DNA of 60,541 nucleotides, counting the filler, from Hausera hauseri (taxonomy: Eukaryota): assembly GCA_046269625.1 (NCBI GenBank). It is 9 parts of 9 records of this genome, joined end to end, with 100 filler letters (N's around TTAATTAATTAA, not from the genome) between each part and the next. Parts side by side here need not be neighbours in the genome. Positions count along the whole stretch, not along the records: positions 9,599 to 18,573 come from JBJURY010493242.1; positions 18,674 to 24,949 come from JBJURY010118209.1; 7 more parts are not named here. One strand, given 5' to 3'. This document shows, in pieces, positions 11,330-22,524 of the stretch (positions within the stretch are counted from its first letter, which is position 1; each line of letters starts with the position of its first letter). Made by a program: the position numbers and the translations under genes. The notes under the pieces were generated by a model. It was not told where the DNA came from. It saw only the letters and a list, made by a program, of their open reading frames with translations, and made no database searches.

Positions 11330-14300
11330 ATATGAATTGCTGCACGGAAATTTTAGAGGCGGAAGATCGGGACCCGCCTATGGGCCTTACGCGGTGGCTA
11401 CGGAGTCCCAGCTGTGTCCAACCAAATGTGCCAGAGGGCGCCGGCTGCTGTGGGTACTACATCACCCCCCCCGTGGCAAAGTGAAAACTATGAAGATTAA
11501 AACAGACGGGAATAAACAAGCGCTAAACGAAAAAGTGTATATGTCAGTTGGTCTTAGTGTGGACAAGACGTTGGGTATCTTCTATTGATTTTCCCTGCTA
11601 TATTTGCTGAATGTGACTGCGTGTTTTGCCTTTTTGCGGTGTGTTTGCTTGCAGAGGTTGAAGTTGGGGAAAATTGTCGGATTTTGTTGTGAGTGTTGTG
11701 TCATGCAAGGATGATTCAGAAAGAAGAGAAGAAGAGGGTGAAGGAGGAAGACAGATTGTTGAAGATGGATGGCTACAGGTATTCAAGAAGGTGTTGGAAA
11801 ACGAAGGAGTGACAAAAGGCGTAGTGGCGGATGAAGGAAGAGAGACGAATACTGGAGTGAAAGTTGCAACTGAATTAGACAAACGAGTGGAGGTAAAAGA
11901 TGAAACAGAGGTAGTAGTAGAAAGAGGAAGAGAGATAGAGATAGAAGTTGAGAGAAGAGGAAGTTGCCAAGTGGAAATGAAAGGAGTAAAAGGTGGTGTG
12001 TGAGGAGAGAGGGAGAAAGAAGGCGTCAAAGATGAGGAAAGTGTGGAGGGAGAAGGAGAGTGCGAGAGATGATGGCGAAGAGGTACAAAACAGAAGAGAG
12101 CAAAAAGATGGAGAAGTCGAACGAAAGTAGTTGGAAGGTGGTGTGCAAAAGGTTGGAATGATGAAAGGGGTGGATGGAGAGATTGATGAAGTCTAAATGG
12201 TGATTGATGGAGGAAGTACTGTAAATGGAGAAAGCAAGTTGAGAGAAAACGTTTTGGGAGAAAACGTAGGGGAAAGTGGATTAAGAAATTGAGCAAAGAT
12301 GGAAGGTGAATTGTTGGATTGCGCGTCGTGTGAAAATATTGATGGAGAAGTGGTTTCGATGGGAGACGTGTCGTCAATGAAGAAAGCCGGTTTAGGGTTA
12401 ATGATGTGGACTGTTACTTCTTTGCCGTCTTTGAGAATGATGATGTTGTGGGAGAGTGGACGATTTACTTTGTAAGGGCCGACATACTGAGGTTAAAAAC
12501 CACACGACGTCTGATTCTTTAGCCAAACGAACTTGGCAATATATAAATCGTCGGGAATGTAAGGTTTATTTCCGTGTAATAGTCTATAAAATGAGTCTTT
12601 GCTGATCTCAACGAAGTGTCTCTGTGCCACTTGTATGGTTTCGTCTGTAAGAATATTGTCCAGCTCAGTCAGCTTGAATAATGATCTGATAGGAGTGCCA
12701 AATAATGCTTCTGCAGGTGAACATCCTGCAGAAGTAGATGGTGTGTTCCGCCAGCCAAGCAGAACGTACAGAAGGAGTGTAGTCCAACTGCGATTGGACT
12801 CAGCAAGGATTCTGAGAGACGTTTTCATCGTTCGGTGAAAGCGTTCGAGAAGACCATTCGATTGAGGATGGTATGGTGACGTGTGAATGTGGTTAATTCT
12901 CAAGCGATTGACAAGAGCTTTAAACAGGTTGGATTCGAACTGTGGACCTTGGTCTGAAATGATGATCTAAACCTGCTGATCCAAGTGCGGATGAAAACTT
13001 ATGCGATTATTTGTGTGTTGGTGCTCCGAAGTCGGACAGCCTCTGTCCATCGCGAGGAACGGTCCATCATTGTGAGGATGAACTAACGGACGTTGTGTAA
13101 GGGTAATGGGCCTACAAGGTCAATGTGAACAGATTCGAAACGAGACGTGCAGGGGAAATGAAATACTGGTGGCTTTAGGTGCTTAGTAACCTTGTATTTT
13201 TGGCATACCACACACTGCCTATCCCATGCCTGCACGTCAGAGCGCATCGACGGCCATACTACATGCCGTTGTAAGAGTCGAAAAGTTGTCTTGGCACCGG
13301 GATGATGCAACGAATGGATGCTGTTGAATGCTTCTTTTTGAAGCGATTCAGAAAGGATGATTTTAAGATTATTAGGTTTGAAAGTGTCAAAGGCCACACC
13401 GTCGGTGGTTTTGCACGATTTAAAAGATTTAAGGATGTCAGGATGTGGCTGGTTTTGTTAATGTTTGGACTGAGGAAAAATTGGTTGTACAATCAATCGA
13501 GCTGACCGATCGGGACAAAAAGTCAACTACTAAATTTTCGACTCCGTTTAGGTGCTCAATTTGAAAATTAAATGTGGACAAATACGATATTTTCCTCTCC
13601 TGACAAGGAGAAGGTGATTTCATGGTGAGAATTTAAAGCAAGGGCTTGTGGTCAGTTTGTATTGTAAAGGTTCGTGCGGTTAAAACATACTTAAAGTGTT
13701 TTACGGCAAGGACCATTGCAAGCAACTCTCTGTCAAAGGTGGAATATCTTTTCTCTTGTGCCGTGAATTTTCGAGAGAAGAATTCTAATGGCTCATGGGA
13801 TCCATTTTTGACTTGATGGAGGACAGCACCTGCAGCTGTTGTGGATGCGTCTGTGATTAAGAAGAGTTCTGCATAGGAATCTGGATAGGCCAGGATTCCT
13901 ACGGTTGTTAAATTGTCTTTGAGGTGATCGAAAGCGTTGACTAGCTTGGCGGTCCATTGAATAGGCTGTTTCTTCTTGCCAGAGCTTAGTGATGCAAATG
14001 GAGCGGTTAGAGTGGAGCAGTGTGGAATATGCTTATGAATAAAGTGCAAGGTTTTGAGGAAATAACGCATCTCTGTTGATGTACATGGTAGCTGTATGTT
14101 TTTTAGCTGTGTTATGCGGTCTGGCTGAGGTGATTGTCCGGAGGAGCTAATAACATGTCCTAGAAAGTTGACCTTATGTTGAAAAAGGAGAATGTGGCAA
14201 AATTAATTTGCAAACTGTTTTGGTACAAGAGCTGAAAGATTAGACGTAAGTGTTCGGAGTGTTGTTTCGGGGAAGATGATGCAATTAGGATATCATCAAT

Positions 14301-17014
14301 ATAGGGATAGGCAAAGTTTAAACCTGATAGGACTGTATCGATATGCCTTTGGAAGGTCTGGGAAGCGCTACGGAGTTAAAAAGGCATGAAGAGGTATTTG
14401 AAAAGTCCGAAAGGTGTAATGACAGACGTTTTCGGAATGTTTGCTGGGGTCACCGGAATTTGATGGTATGCTTTGTGTAGATCAATGCAGGAAAAGATGG
14501 TCGAACCATGGAGCCTGTGAAGAATGTCGATGATTAATGATAGAGGGTTGGCATCCATTGTTGCTATGGAGTTAAATTGGCGGTAATCATAGCATGGGCA
14601 AAAGGTACCATCTTTTTGGAACCACATTCAGTGGTGAAAACCAGGGGTATTTGGATCTTCTGATTATTCCTGATCTTTCCAGTTTGAGAAACTCAGCCTC
14701 CACTGCCAGTCTGCGACGAAGCGATAGTGGACGGACCTTTTGACGTATTGGTCTTTGATGTTTTGTTACTATGTGATGGAAGGTGGATTGAAGTGGTACG
14801 AATGATTTGTCCTTTTGCAATAGACGTGTACAGAAAGACGAAATGTATTGTTGTAGATCAGGCGCCGACGATGAAAAGTTATCCGATGGTGTCGATGCAT
14901 CGTGACTGGATGCAGTTGAGGCATGAGTTGTAGACGAGGTGTTGTCACTGGGTGGTATTAGATGCGGGATGTTCGTGTTGAAGATGGTGTTGGCAGCTGT
15001 ATTATTAGTAATAGGTGCCACGCAGGTGGCAATATCATATTTGTCACCGTAGTAAAAATTTCTGTATAATGAATGATTATAAAAATAATTCAAATCGGAA
15101 GTCGTTTTCTTCTGTATTGACTTGCTGGAAGCGATTGCCATTGTGGTCACCGAAATGCTGCTAATTTGATTAAGATTATTTCCGCACTTTAAGGAACATC
15201 GTTTGCAGTCTACGAGTAAATTGTAGTGGGACATAAAGTCTGAACCCAATATAGGTGGGCATACATTGGCTACTGTATATTTCCATGTGAATGTGTTTGG
15301 GAAATGTGGAAGAGTAAACGTTAATTTGGTAACTTCAAAAATTTGTAAAGGTTCACCGGACGCAGTGAACAGTTGCTTTTTTGAAGTGAAATTGTTTTGA
15401 ATGGGAGTAAAGAGATTGCTGCGCTGGTGTCTATAAGAAAGTTAATGTTTTGCTTTGTTGGAGTGACAACTGCCGCTTCCAACGTAAATATAGCAAAAGA
15501 AATGTGTCGGCTATGTTTTTGCAGGTTGTTGCCTTTGATAGGACTTGCCGTGTGTCCTAGCGGCAAAATCATTTTCTGTAGCTGGTGAGTTTGGCCTACT
15601 ATTTTGTGTGAGTTTAGTAGTGTTGGTTTCATTGTGTGTGTGTTGTAGTTACAGCTAGGTAGGCATTTTTGTGCCTTTGTGCCAAATTTCGAGTGATAGA
15701 TGCAAACGATGTTACTTGTGTTAAAATCGGGGGAGTAAAATTTACAACTGATGCAGCATTTCTGAGAGTTATTACCAAATTTGTTATGGTAGTAGCAAAT
15801 AGACGACCGCATGGGCGAAGTCGACCGTTTCAGTCGTTGATTAAATACATTAGGGGAAGTAGCTCTAGAAAAACCCCGTTGAGGCAGCGTTAACTCATTT
15901 AATTTGTCGTTTATGTTGTCAATTGTTTTTTGCAGCATTTCATTTTCTGTGCGTAATTGCGCAATTTGTTGCTGCAGCATTGCATTTTGTTGTTGTTGTT
16001 GGTCCGTTGTTAATGCCGCAGAGATCTTTAATGATGTGTGTGAGTGCAGTACTTCATTGGCCTTGTCCGCCAGTTCAGTTAGCTTTTCCAGTGCCGTGGA
16101 TTCTTCAACCACGGTAAGCAAAGCTCTTATTTGAAGGGACAAGGCATTTAAAAAGTAGCGACGAAGAAGTTCTGGACTATGCTCAGATGTTACGCCAAGG
16201 GTATTGATATGAGACAAAGATGAGCGCAAGAATTTAGAAGGCTTTTGAAGGCCCATGGTGTTGTTAAAGAATCTGTGAATGATTGAATCGATTAACTGCT
16301 CAGTAAGCTTAAGAACGGCATTATAATGTTGAGTATAGGGGTCGGTGTGATGAAGGACGTCTATGATATTGGTAATTTTAGTTTTGATGGAAGCTGGTAA
16401 ATTAAAAAAAGGCTGTTGGCTTTGGATAAAAAGTCGACGACGTTCTGTGATTGGGGCCAGAATTGATGCAGTTTAGCCTAGTTTGAGTAGAGTTTTGGCT
16501 GTCGAGGAAGTATTCTGTGCAGGGTGAATGAGTGAGGAGTGTGTTGTGTCGAAGTTTTTGAAGCACATTGTTTGGGTAAGTAAGTTATAGAGATTGGTGG
16601 TTTGGTGAGTTTGTCCGTGGTATCAATTGTGGGTGATGAATCCATTCCACCACGGATACGGAAATGAATGTGAAGGCAGAAAAATGTTGTGGAAGGTTGG
16701 AGGGGTCCAGCAAAAGGCACTACAGATCCACTGTGCGTGAGACAGAAATCAGAGGAGTGAAGAGAAGTGATGATTTTATGGATGGCAGTTGTGTTTACAT
16801 GTATTACTGTATGTGTGCAAATGTATCTATTGTTTAGAAAAAAGAAAAGGAGATAAGGAGAGGTCGTGTGTCCGGGGGCGTGTCATGGTGCAGCAACGAA
16901 CGGTGCCGTCTGACCCAATGGCATAGGGTGGGCGGCGGTAATTTCAGTCTCGCCGTGACGGGCCGCAAACTGCGGGTAGCCGAGGACCCCGGTTGCAGTT
17001 CAGCGTTGACTACA
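11330..17014 (-). mobile_element. Ty3/Gypsy LTR retrotransposon, near full length, degenerate (family B copy 1)
   Basis: gag (MGLQKPSKFLR..YFLNAL..LTELADK; two CxYHxKFG..KC motifs), protease FLIDTS, RT (DLHKAYHQI, YPYIDDILI), RNase H (TDAS..DRELLA..TDHKPL) and integrase (HIDLVGPL, SNGLLERFHR). PPT at 11462-11472, then an LTR starting TGTAGT at 11461. Confidence 0.92.
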
Positions 17015-18545
17015 GACCCAATAGGATTATCGTCAAGTTGTAATTGGGCAGATTTTGATAAAGGCGTCTCAGGTACGACACAATCCGCAATTGCAACATG
17101 ATTGACAATTTGATGTCGAACTCTGTTCGCATCGTCCGATTTAGTAAAGGAGTGTATTGCAACAGACAATTTTCCTTTATCCGATCTAATTGCAATTTTC
17201 TCAACAGAAACAACTTCCGATTGGCATATAATTTCCGTATGATCATTTTTGTCAATATTCCGATAAATAAAATAATTTAATCCGTCCGGTAAAATGTCAT
17301 CTAAATGACTTTTCACTTTATATACGTGGGTTATTTCCAGTTTGCTACGATCTACACGTATTCGATCAAGACTCCATGTCAGTTCTGTGCCCAAAGATTC
17401 GGCGTTCGGTTCCAACTCTGATATTTTCCGTGTCAATGGAATAAGACTGATGATTCTGTGATTAACAACCTCGAAGAGTCGATAGGAATGAGAATTTATC
17501 TTTGTTAATCTTGCCTGACAAATCTAATCTGATGCACTTCCAGTTTTAGGCAAAGTTACTATAATTTCCATTTGCTTTTGAACATGAGTATCAACAAAAA
17601 CATAGCAAAACTGTTGCATAGCTTCAACTTCATTAATTGGAATTTTTAATAATTGGAAGTAGAGACGTCTATAACAGTTTGCAGAATGAAAATTCCCAGT
17701 CGGACAAGATAAAGGCTGATTATTTGTGTTAAGTAACGGCACATTTTGATTTGGCTTTCCACGTGGAAGAATGGCATTAATTTGCTGTTGAATTTGAGAA
17801 TTTGCTAGATCACCTAACGCTCCGTCGAAGGTTGTTCTGACGGGATCACCGGGAATAAGCTTGGTTTTGTATCTATGAGACGGTACCGAAGTCTTATAAA
17901 GTTGAATTTTAGCTACGTCAGCCCCATGAATATGTAAATCGAGAGATTTAAGAATTTCACTGTACCTAGCTTTTTGTGAAAGACGAATAACTGTTCTAAT
18001 AGGGCTAGGTTTATTATTTATGTCTCTGGAAGTAAGTTCACCAATTTTTTTAATAAATTATACATCTATTTTTTGTCGGAAATCTTCTAGGAAATCTTTC
18101 GCGTTTAGAATTGGTAAAGAAAGAGAACGTGTATTATATATACTGTGGGAATCACTCCTAGAGATCTTATATAAGGATGGTTTGACATTTGGCTCAAGTA
18201 TAATTATCATTCCATTAAATGGTGATATAAAGCTTTCACTAAAATTTATCAGTTAGATTTCATCCTCGTTCTTCCCATAATATCAGTTGAACATTTTCTG
18301 ATAAGTGAACAAACTTTCTTAAAACAGGAAATAGTTCTCTAACCTGAGGAGCAATTTTATAATGTATCCATCCAACGAAATGCATTGAATTATTGGCAGG
18401 ATCGAAATATTTGCAAAATATTAAAATCTGTTTTTAATCTGTAGGGGTTGAAGTTTGCGTAGGATTATAATCCGAAATATTATAAATATAAATATCATCC
18501 GAAAATACCGAACAAGTCTCCGACAAATAATACGTAAATATTGTA
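17015..18545 (-). pseudogene. USP7: USP7 (HAUSP) C-terminal UBL-domain region, disrupted
   Basis: FCKYFDPANNSMHFVGWIHY, QLILWEE, NAKDFLEDFRQKIDV*F, IRLSQKARY, IQLYKT..PGDPVRTTFDGALGDL, RRLYFQLLKIPINEVE and YRLFEVVNHRII parallel USP7 UBL2-UBL4. In-frame TGA, TAA and TAG (17524-17526) plus a frameshift; cut at about 17014 by TGTAGT-starting sequence. Confidence 0.8.
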
Positions 18546-18796
18546 ACTTCAGCATTATATTTTACAATGGAAANNNNNNNNNNNNNNNNNNNNNNNNNNN
18601 NNNNNNNNNNNNNNNNNTTAATTAATTAANNNNNNNNNNNNNNNNNNNNNNNNNNNNNNNNNNNNNNNNNNNNTACGTCTATGATAAAATAACCTGACAA
18701 TTACAGATCGGGTTATTCTATCATCAAACAAAGAATTAATTTTGGTTCAAAATCACACTTTGTCATAAGATTAACCCTTATTATTTATATTTTAGA

Positions 18797-21280
18797 ATGG
18801 TAAGTACCCAGATCCAGAAAATGAATTCGGGAAAAGTTTGACGTAGTATCGATGACTTCTTGCAGAGCTGTGCAACGGTGTTAATCCCTCAGTCAAAATC
18901 GATCTTTCGACAAATCAATTATAAATTACAGGGAAGAAACTTTGTAGAATATAAGAAAACTAGTGAAATTCCAAATAACTTGAAACGAAGTACGGAAGAA
19001 AATAGAACCGTACGATTGTACGCAATGAGGGACGATAAATATGCACGAGAAGACTGCTTGCGACAACTCATTCAATACGAACCGGTTTATCACCAAAATA
19101 TATTTATTCATCTAGCAGATGGAGAAATCTACTATAGATTAAACGATCAAAATTGGGATACGTCACAAGGGCGACAGAGCAGATACAGTACTTTTTTAAT
19201 TAACAGCGGAGACTTTCACCACTATAATTGCGAAGTAGAATTTCGAGTTGCCGCATTACCGGTTAAACTTTTGATTGAAGTACGCTATGAAGACGCAAAA
19301 TCTATTCAATTGCCACCCTTGCGGTTTAATCAGAGGTCCACTGAGAAAGATCAAGATGACCATCTGTATTCTTTTCGGTTAGTACAAGACGCCAGAAACC
19401 CTAGAATCATATCCGTAAACTACGGTGAAAGAGATGATGGGAACGACATTCCAGTTGGAGTATCTATACGAGAATTAGGAGAATCCGAAATTTGCACAAA
19501 GACCATCAGTCCCAGAAAACGGATAAGCGAACCTTATTCAGAATTTACAGGAATCAAGAAGGAGCAATTAGTTAATGGAAGAGACATCGAACTGGTTCGT
19601 GAGGAATTGCTCCATTGTCTATACAGAAGTATACTCGTCGGATATCAGGTAGAAAAGATCATGGAAAAATTGAAGTTACTTATTACTCATATAGCAGGAT
19701 TAAGGGAAATTGAGACTCATCCTGAAGTAATGGAACAGATGAAACAGACTGTTCAAAGGAGAAACGGCTATCTACCACAGACCGTAGAAGGTCGATGTAA
19801 GTTGATGTTAGAGGCCATGAACGGAGCACATGTTCGGATAAGCCGACTGCTGACAGTAAGCCAACGCTCACAATACTTACGAGACATATATGCAGGACTT
19901 AAGTGGGAGCATGAATGTACTCACGATAATCCTAGTCAAAATTTACGAAGTTCGGCCAATCCCGAAGGATTAAGTTCCAAGCACAGAAGGCATTTCAGGA
20001 CTTATTCTCCAATTAGAACTATCGAGCTAGTACCAGGAGATAGTTATCAAGTTACTATTCGGAAGACCGAATCAGAACCAGTCACAGCGGCAAGAGAAGT
20101 AGAAAATAAACCCAGTACCAGTCGAAATTTCAATCTAGACTCAATGAAACAAAAACCAAAAAATCAAGAAACGTTTAAAGCACCTAAAACCCTGGAAAAG
20201 AATAAAGACGGCAGAATAAGGACTACATTATCCACTGGAAAAAGAAAATTATCCTTATATAAGTTCCTTTTCAAAAAGAAAAATCGGGAAGAAAATAATT
20301 GGAAAATAATTGAAATAAGACAGAATCCAAAAGGACAGAGGTCCGAAACAAAATAAAAGCAACAGAAAAAGAATCTGAAAGCACAAAAAACCCGAATAGA
20401 GCGGAAACGAAACATTCTGAAGAAATAAAAAGGAAGATTAGAATCCAACCCCAAAGGAGGAAATCCGACAACGATGTCAACACCACCGAAATAAATATTT
20501 TAAAAAAGAAAAGATCGGAAGAGAACGTCCACTTTTCGACAAAAAAATACTTTCCCAGGTTACTGGTGACCGCTGAGAATTGTAGTGATCAGAAAATAAA
20601 GGAAGAGATGTTTTAAGTAAATAGTGCTGGAATACGAGAAATCCCAGATGGAGCATATGCTTGGGCGAATTCCGAGATAGGGAAATACCTAGCTCCCATA
20701 TTTAAATCAAAAAGAACTTGTAAGTTATTTGTCCCTGTAAACAATCAAGTCAAATTGATGTTTAAGAAGCAATACCAGACATACCAAAAGACAGGTGAGA
20801 TCCCTGGTTTAGACAATGAAACAATTAGGGATTGGACATTGGTCCCCATGAATTACGACCCTAGAAAAAGCTCAATCAACATCCAACAAAAGGAGCTATA
20901 TGGCTATCTGTATTCCAATCAAGACGAACTAGTACTTGAGCGAATCCGAATTATACCTAAAATAGACCTGGATGATGAAAACACGAATGAAGATGAAGAC
21001 ATTTGCCCAGTCTGTAAGGAAAGTATATGACAGGGATACGTCAAATTGGATAATCAAAAATGCCGACACAAATATTGTAGTACATGTCTTGAGACGTGGA
21101 CTTTGGTTTATGGAAAACTACGTGCCCAGTATGTCGAGCCGAGACAAATGGTCTAAAGCACTTCTCGAATGGTGACTTTAATAGATCTGTTCACATCCAG
21201 ACCCAACCCAGCGAATAGAGGCGAATCCAGTCGATGACAGTAGTCTTCGGAGTAGACTGGAACTACTGCGACGGCATTAA
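18797..21280 (+). pseudogene. LTR-retrotransposon accessory ORF (exo-like plus RING), copy 2; disrupted
   Basis: ATG at 18797 is in frame with ORF 18860..20356 apart from one TGA. The exo-like domain spans about 19394-19710. A frameshift occurs near 20300, after which the sequence follows copy 1 to the RING CPVC..CRHKYCSTC..CPVC at about 21004-21134. Confidence 0.8.
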
Positions 21281-21340
21281 TTGGACGCCACCTCTCCTGA
21301 CGCAATAGGCACATACGAGGTGTCGCTCACGGAGGAGAAA

Positions 21341-22114
21341 TGTTATGGAATGTACATAATAGAAGTATATTACGATAGTAGTTATTAGGTGTACTGTAAT
21401 AAATTAGTTTGGAATATTAATGTGAATGTTATTTATTATTTAATTAGAAATCTTAATGATTTATGTGAAATTTTCTGTATATCTGAAATTAGAAAAATCT
21501 GAAGAAATGCATAATAATCGACTACAATATTAGATAATCGAAATAATGAAATTTAATCTGTAAATAATCAATGAAAATGATGTAATCATCGGAAACTACC
21601 AGTATATATAGCGACCGAATTTTAGAATAAATCAGAACTCTTCGGAGTTAGACTCCAACGAGAAACTGAGCGAAAGATTCCAAAGACTTTCAGATTCAGT
21701 AGAGTGAGATAACAGAAACAAGGAAGACTGTCGTTGTGATATCGACTGTTGCGAAACTTCAGAGAAATTGATTGTCGACGATCGTAACGAACGATTGAAA
21801 ATTTTGTGCGAATTTGATAACAATTATAATTTAGTTTTTAAATCGTCTTAACTTCTATAGTTTTCCATCGATCCTTAAGATCGATTTGACTACACTAGGT
21901 CGATAAAATTTTACGTAATTTATATAGTTAAGAGGGAGCTCGTATTAACTATTGCACAGGAATCGCACAAAATACCTGCATTTATTAACGTTATAAGTCA
22001 TAAGGTACATCCTGATTTACCGAGAACGGTAAACCGCACCTGTTACCAAAAATAAGTGATTAAAACTATTGTTATATAGCGGGAGACGAGCAGGCCCCAT
22101 CCCAAAACATAACA
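21341..22114 (+). mobile_element. LTR of the exo-RING element, copy 2, with PPT upstream and PBS downstream
   Basis: TGTTATG...CATAACA termini, PPT GGAGGAGAAA at 21331-21340, and a TATA-like run near 21603. Confidence 0.88.
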
Positions 22115-22116
22115 AT

Positions 22117-22133
22117 TGGCGACCCTAGCAGGA
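22117..22133 (+). promoter_or_regulatory. Primer-binding site, probably tRNA-Arg
   Basis: TGGCGACCCTAGCAGGA starts 2 nt after the LTR end. Its complement ends in CCA and resembles the tRNA-Arg PBS TGGCGACC...CAGGA of 412/mdg1-type elements; the tRNA identity is inferred. Confidence 0.7.
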
Positions 22134-22524
22134 CAGTTTGTACCTCGCTAGACTACTACTTCAGCAGAGAATTTATTAAAGCAACATACCCGCGATCAGC
22201 GCATCGACACCAATTAATTGAACTGACTAGAATATAAAATTCGGGATATAAGTTCCTATATTTAAATAAGTGGGTTTTAAAGCACAAATATTGACAGGCA
22301 TAGTAGATCTAAACAATTGAACCTTAACGGTAAAGAGAATTCAAACTTAAGACGAACCCGTAGTAGAGCAAAAACAAACTCAAAGGAAAAGCGTTTATTA
22401 TCTTTAGTCACGCGTAAATCTAACAAATTTATCAGACCAGGATCAAGAAGTAAACTTCAAAGTTCCACCTAAATTAAGTGAACGACGCAAAATAGAAAAT
22501 ATAGCCCACGCAAATACAAATAAA

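Noticed and set aside
16834-17436. 200-aa ORF as a real gene
   Set aside because: It is USP7 remnant sequence reading through into retroelement terminal sequence at about 17014.
17500-18300. Alternative genetic code explaining the in-frame stops in USP7
   Set aside because: TAA, TAG and TGA all occur at positions expected to be different residues, alongside frameshifts; ordinary decay fits better.
17015-21280. Functional link between USP7 and the neighbouring RING ORF (ICP0-USP7 analogy)
   Set aside because: They are on different contigs separated by an artificial spacer (18574-18673).
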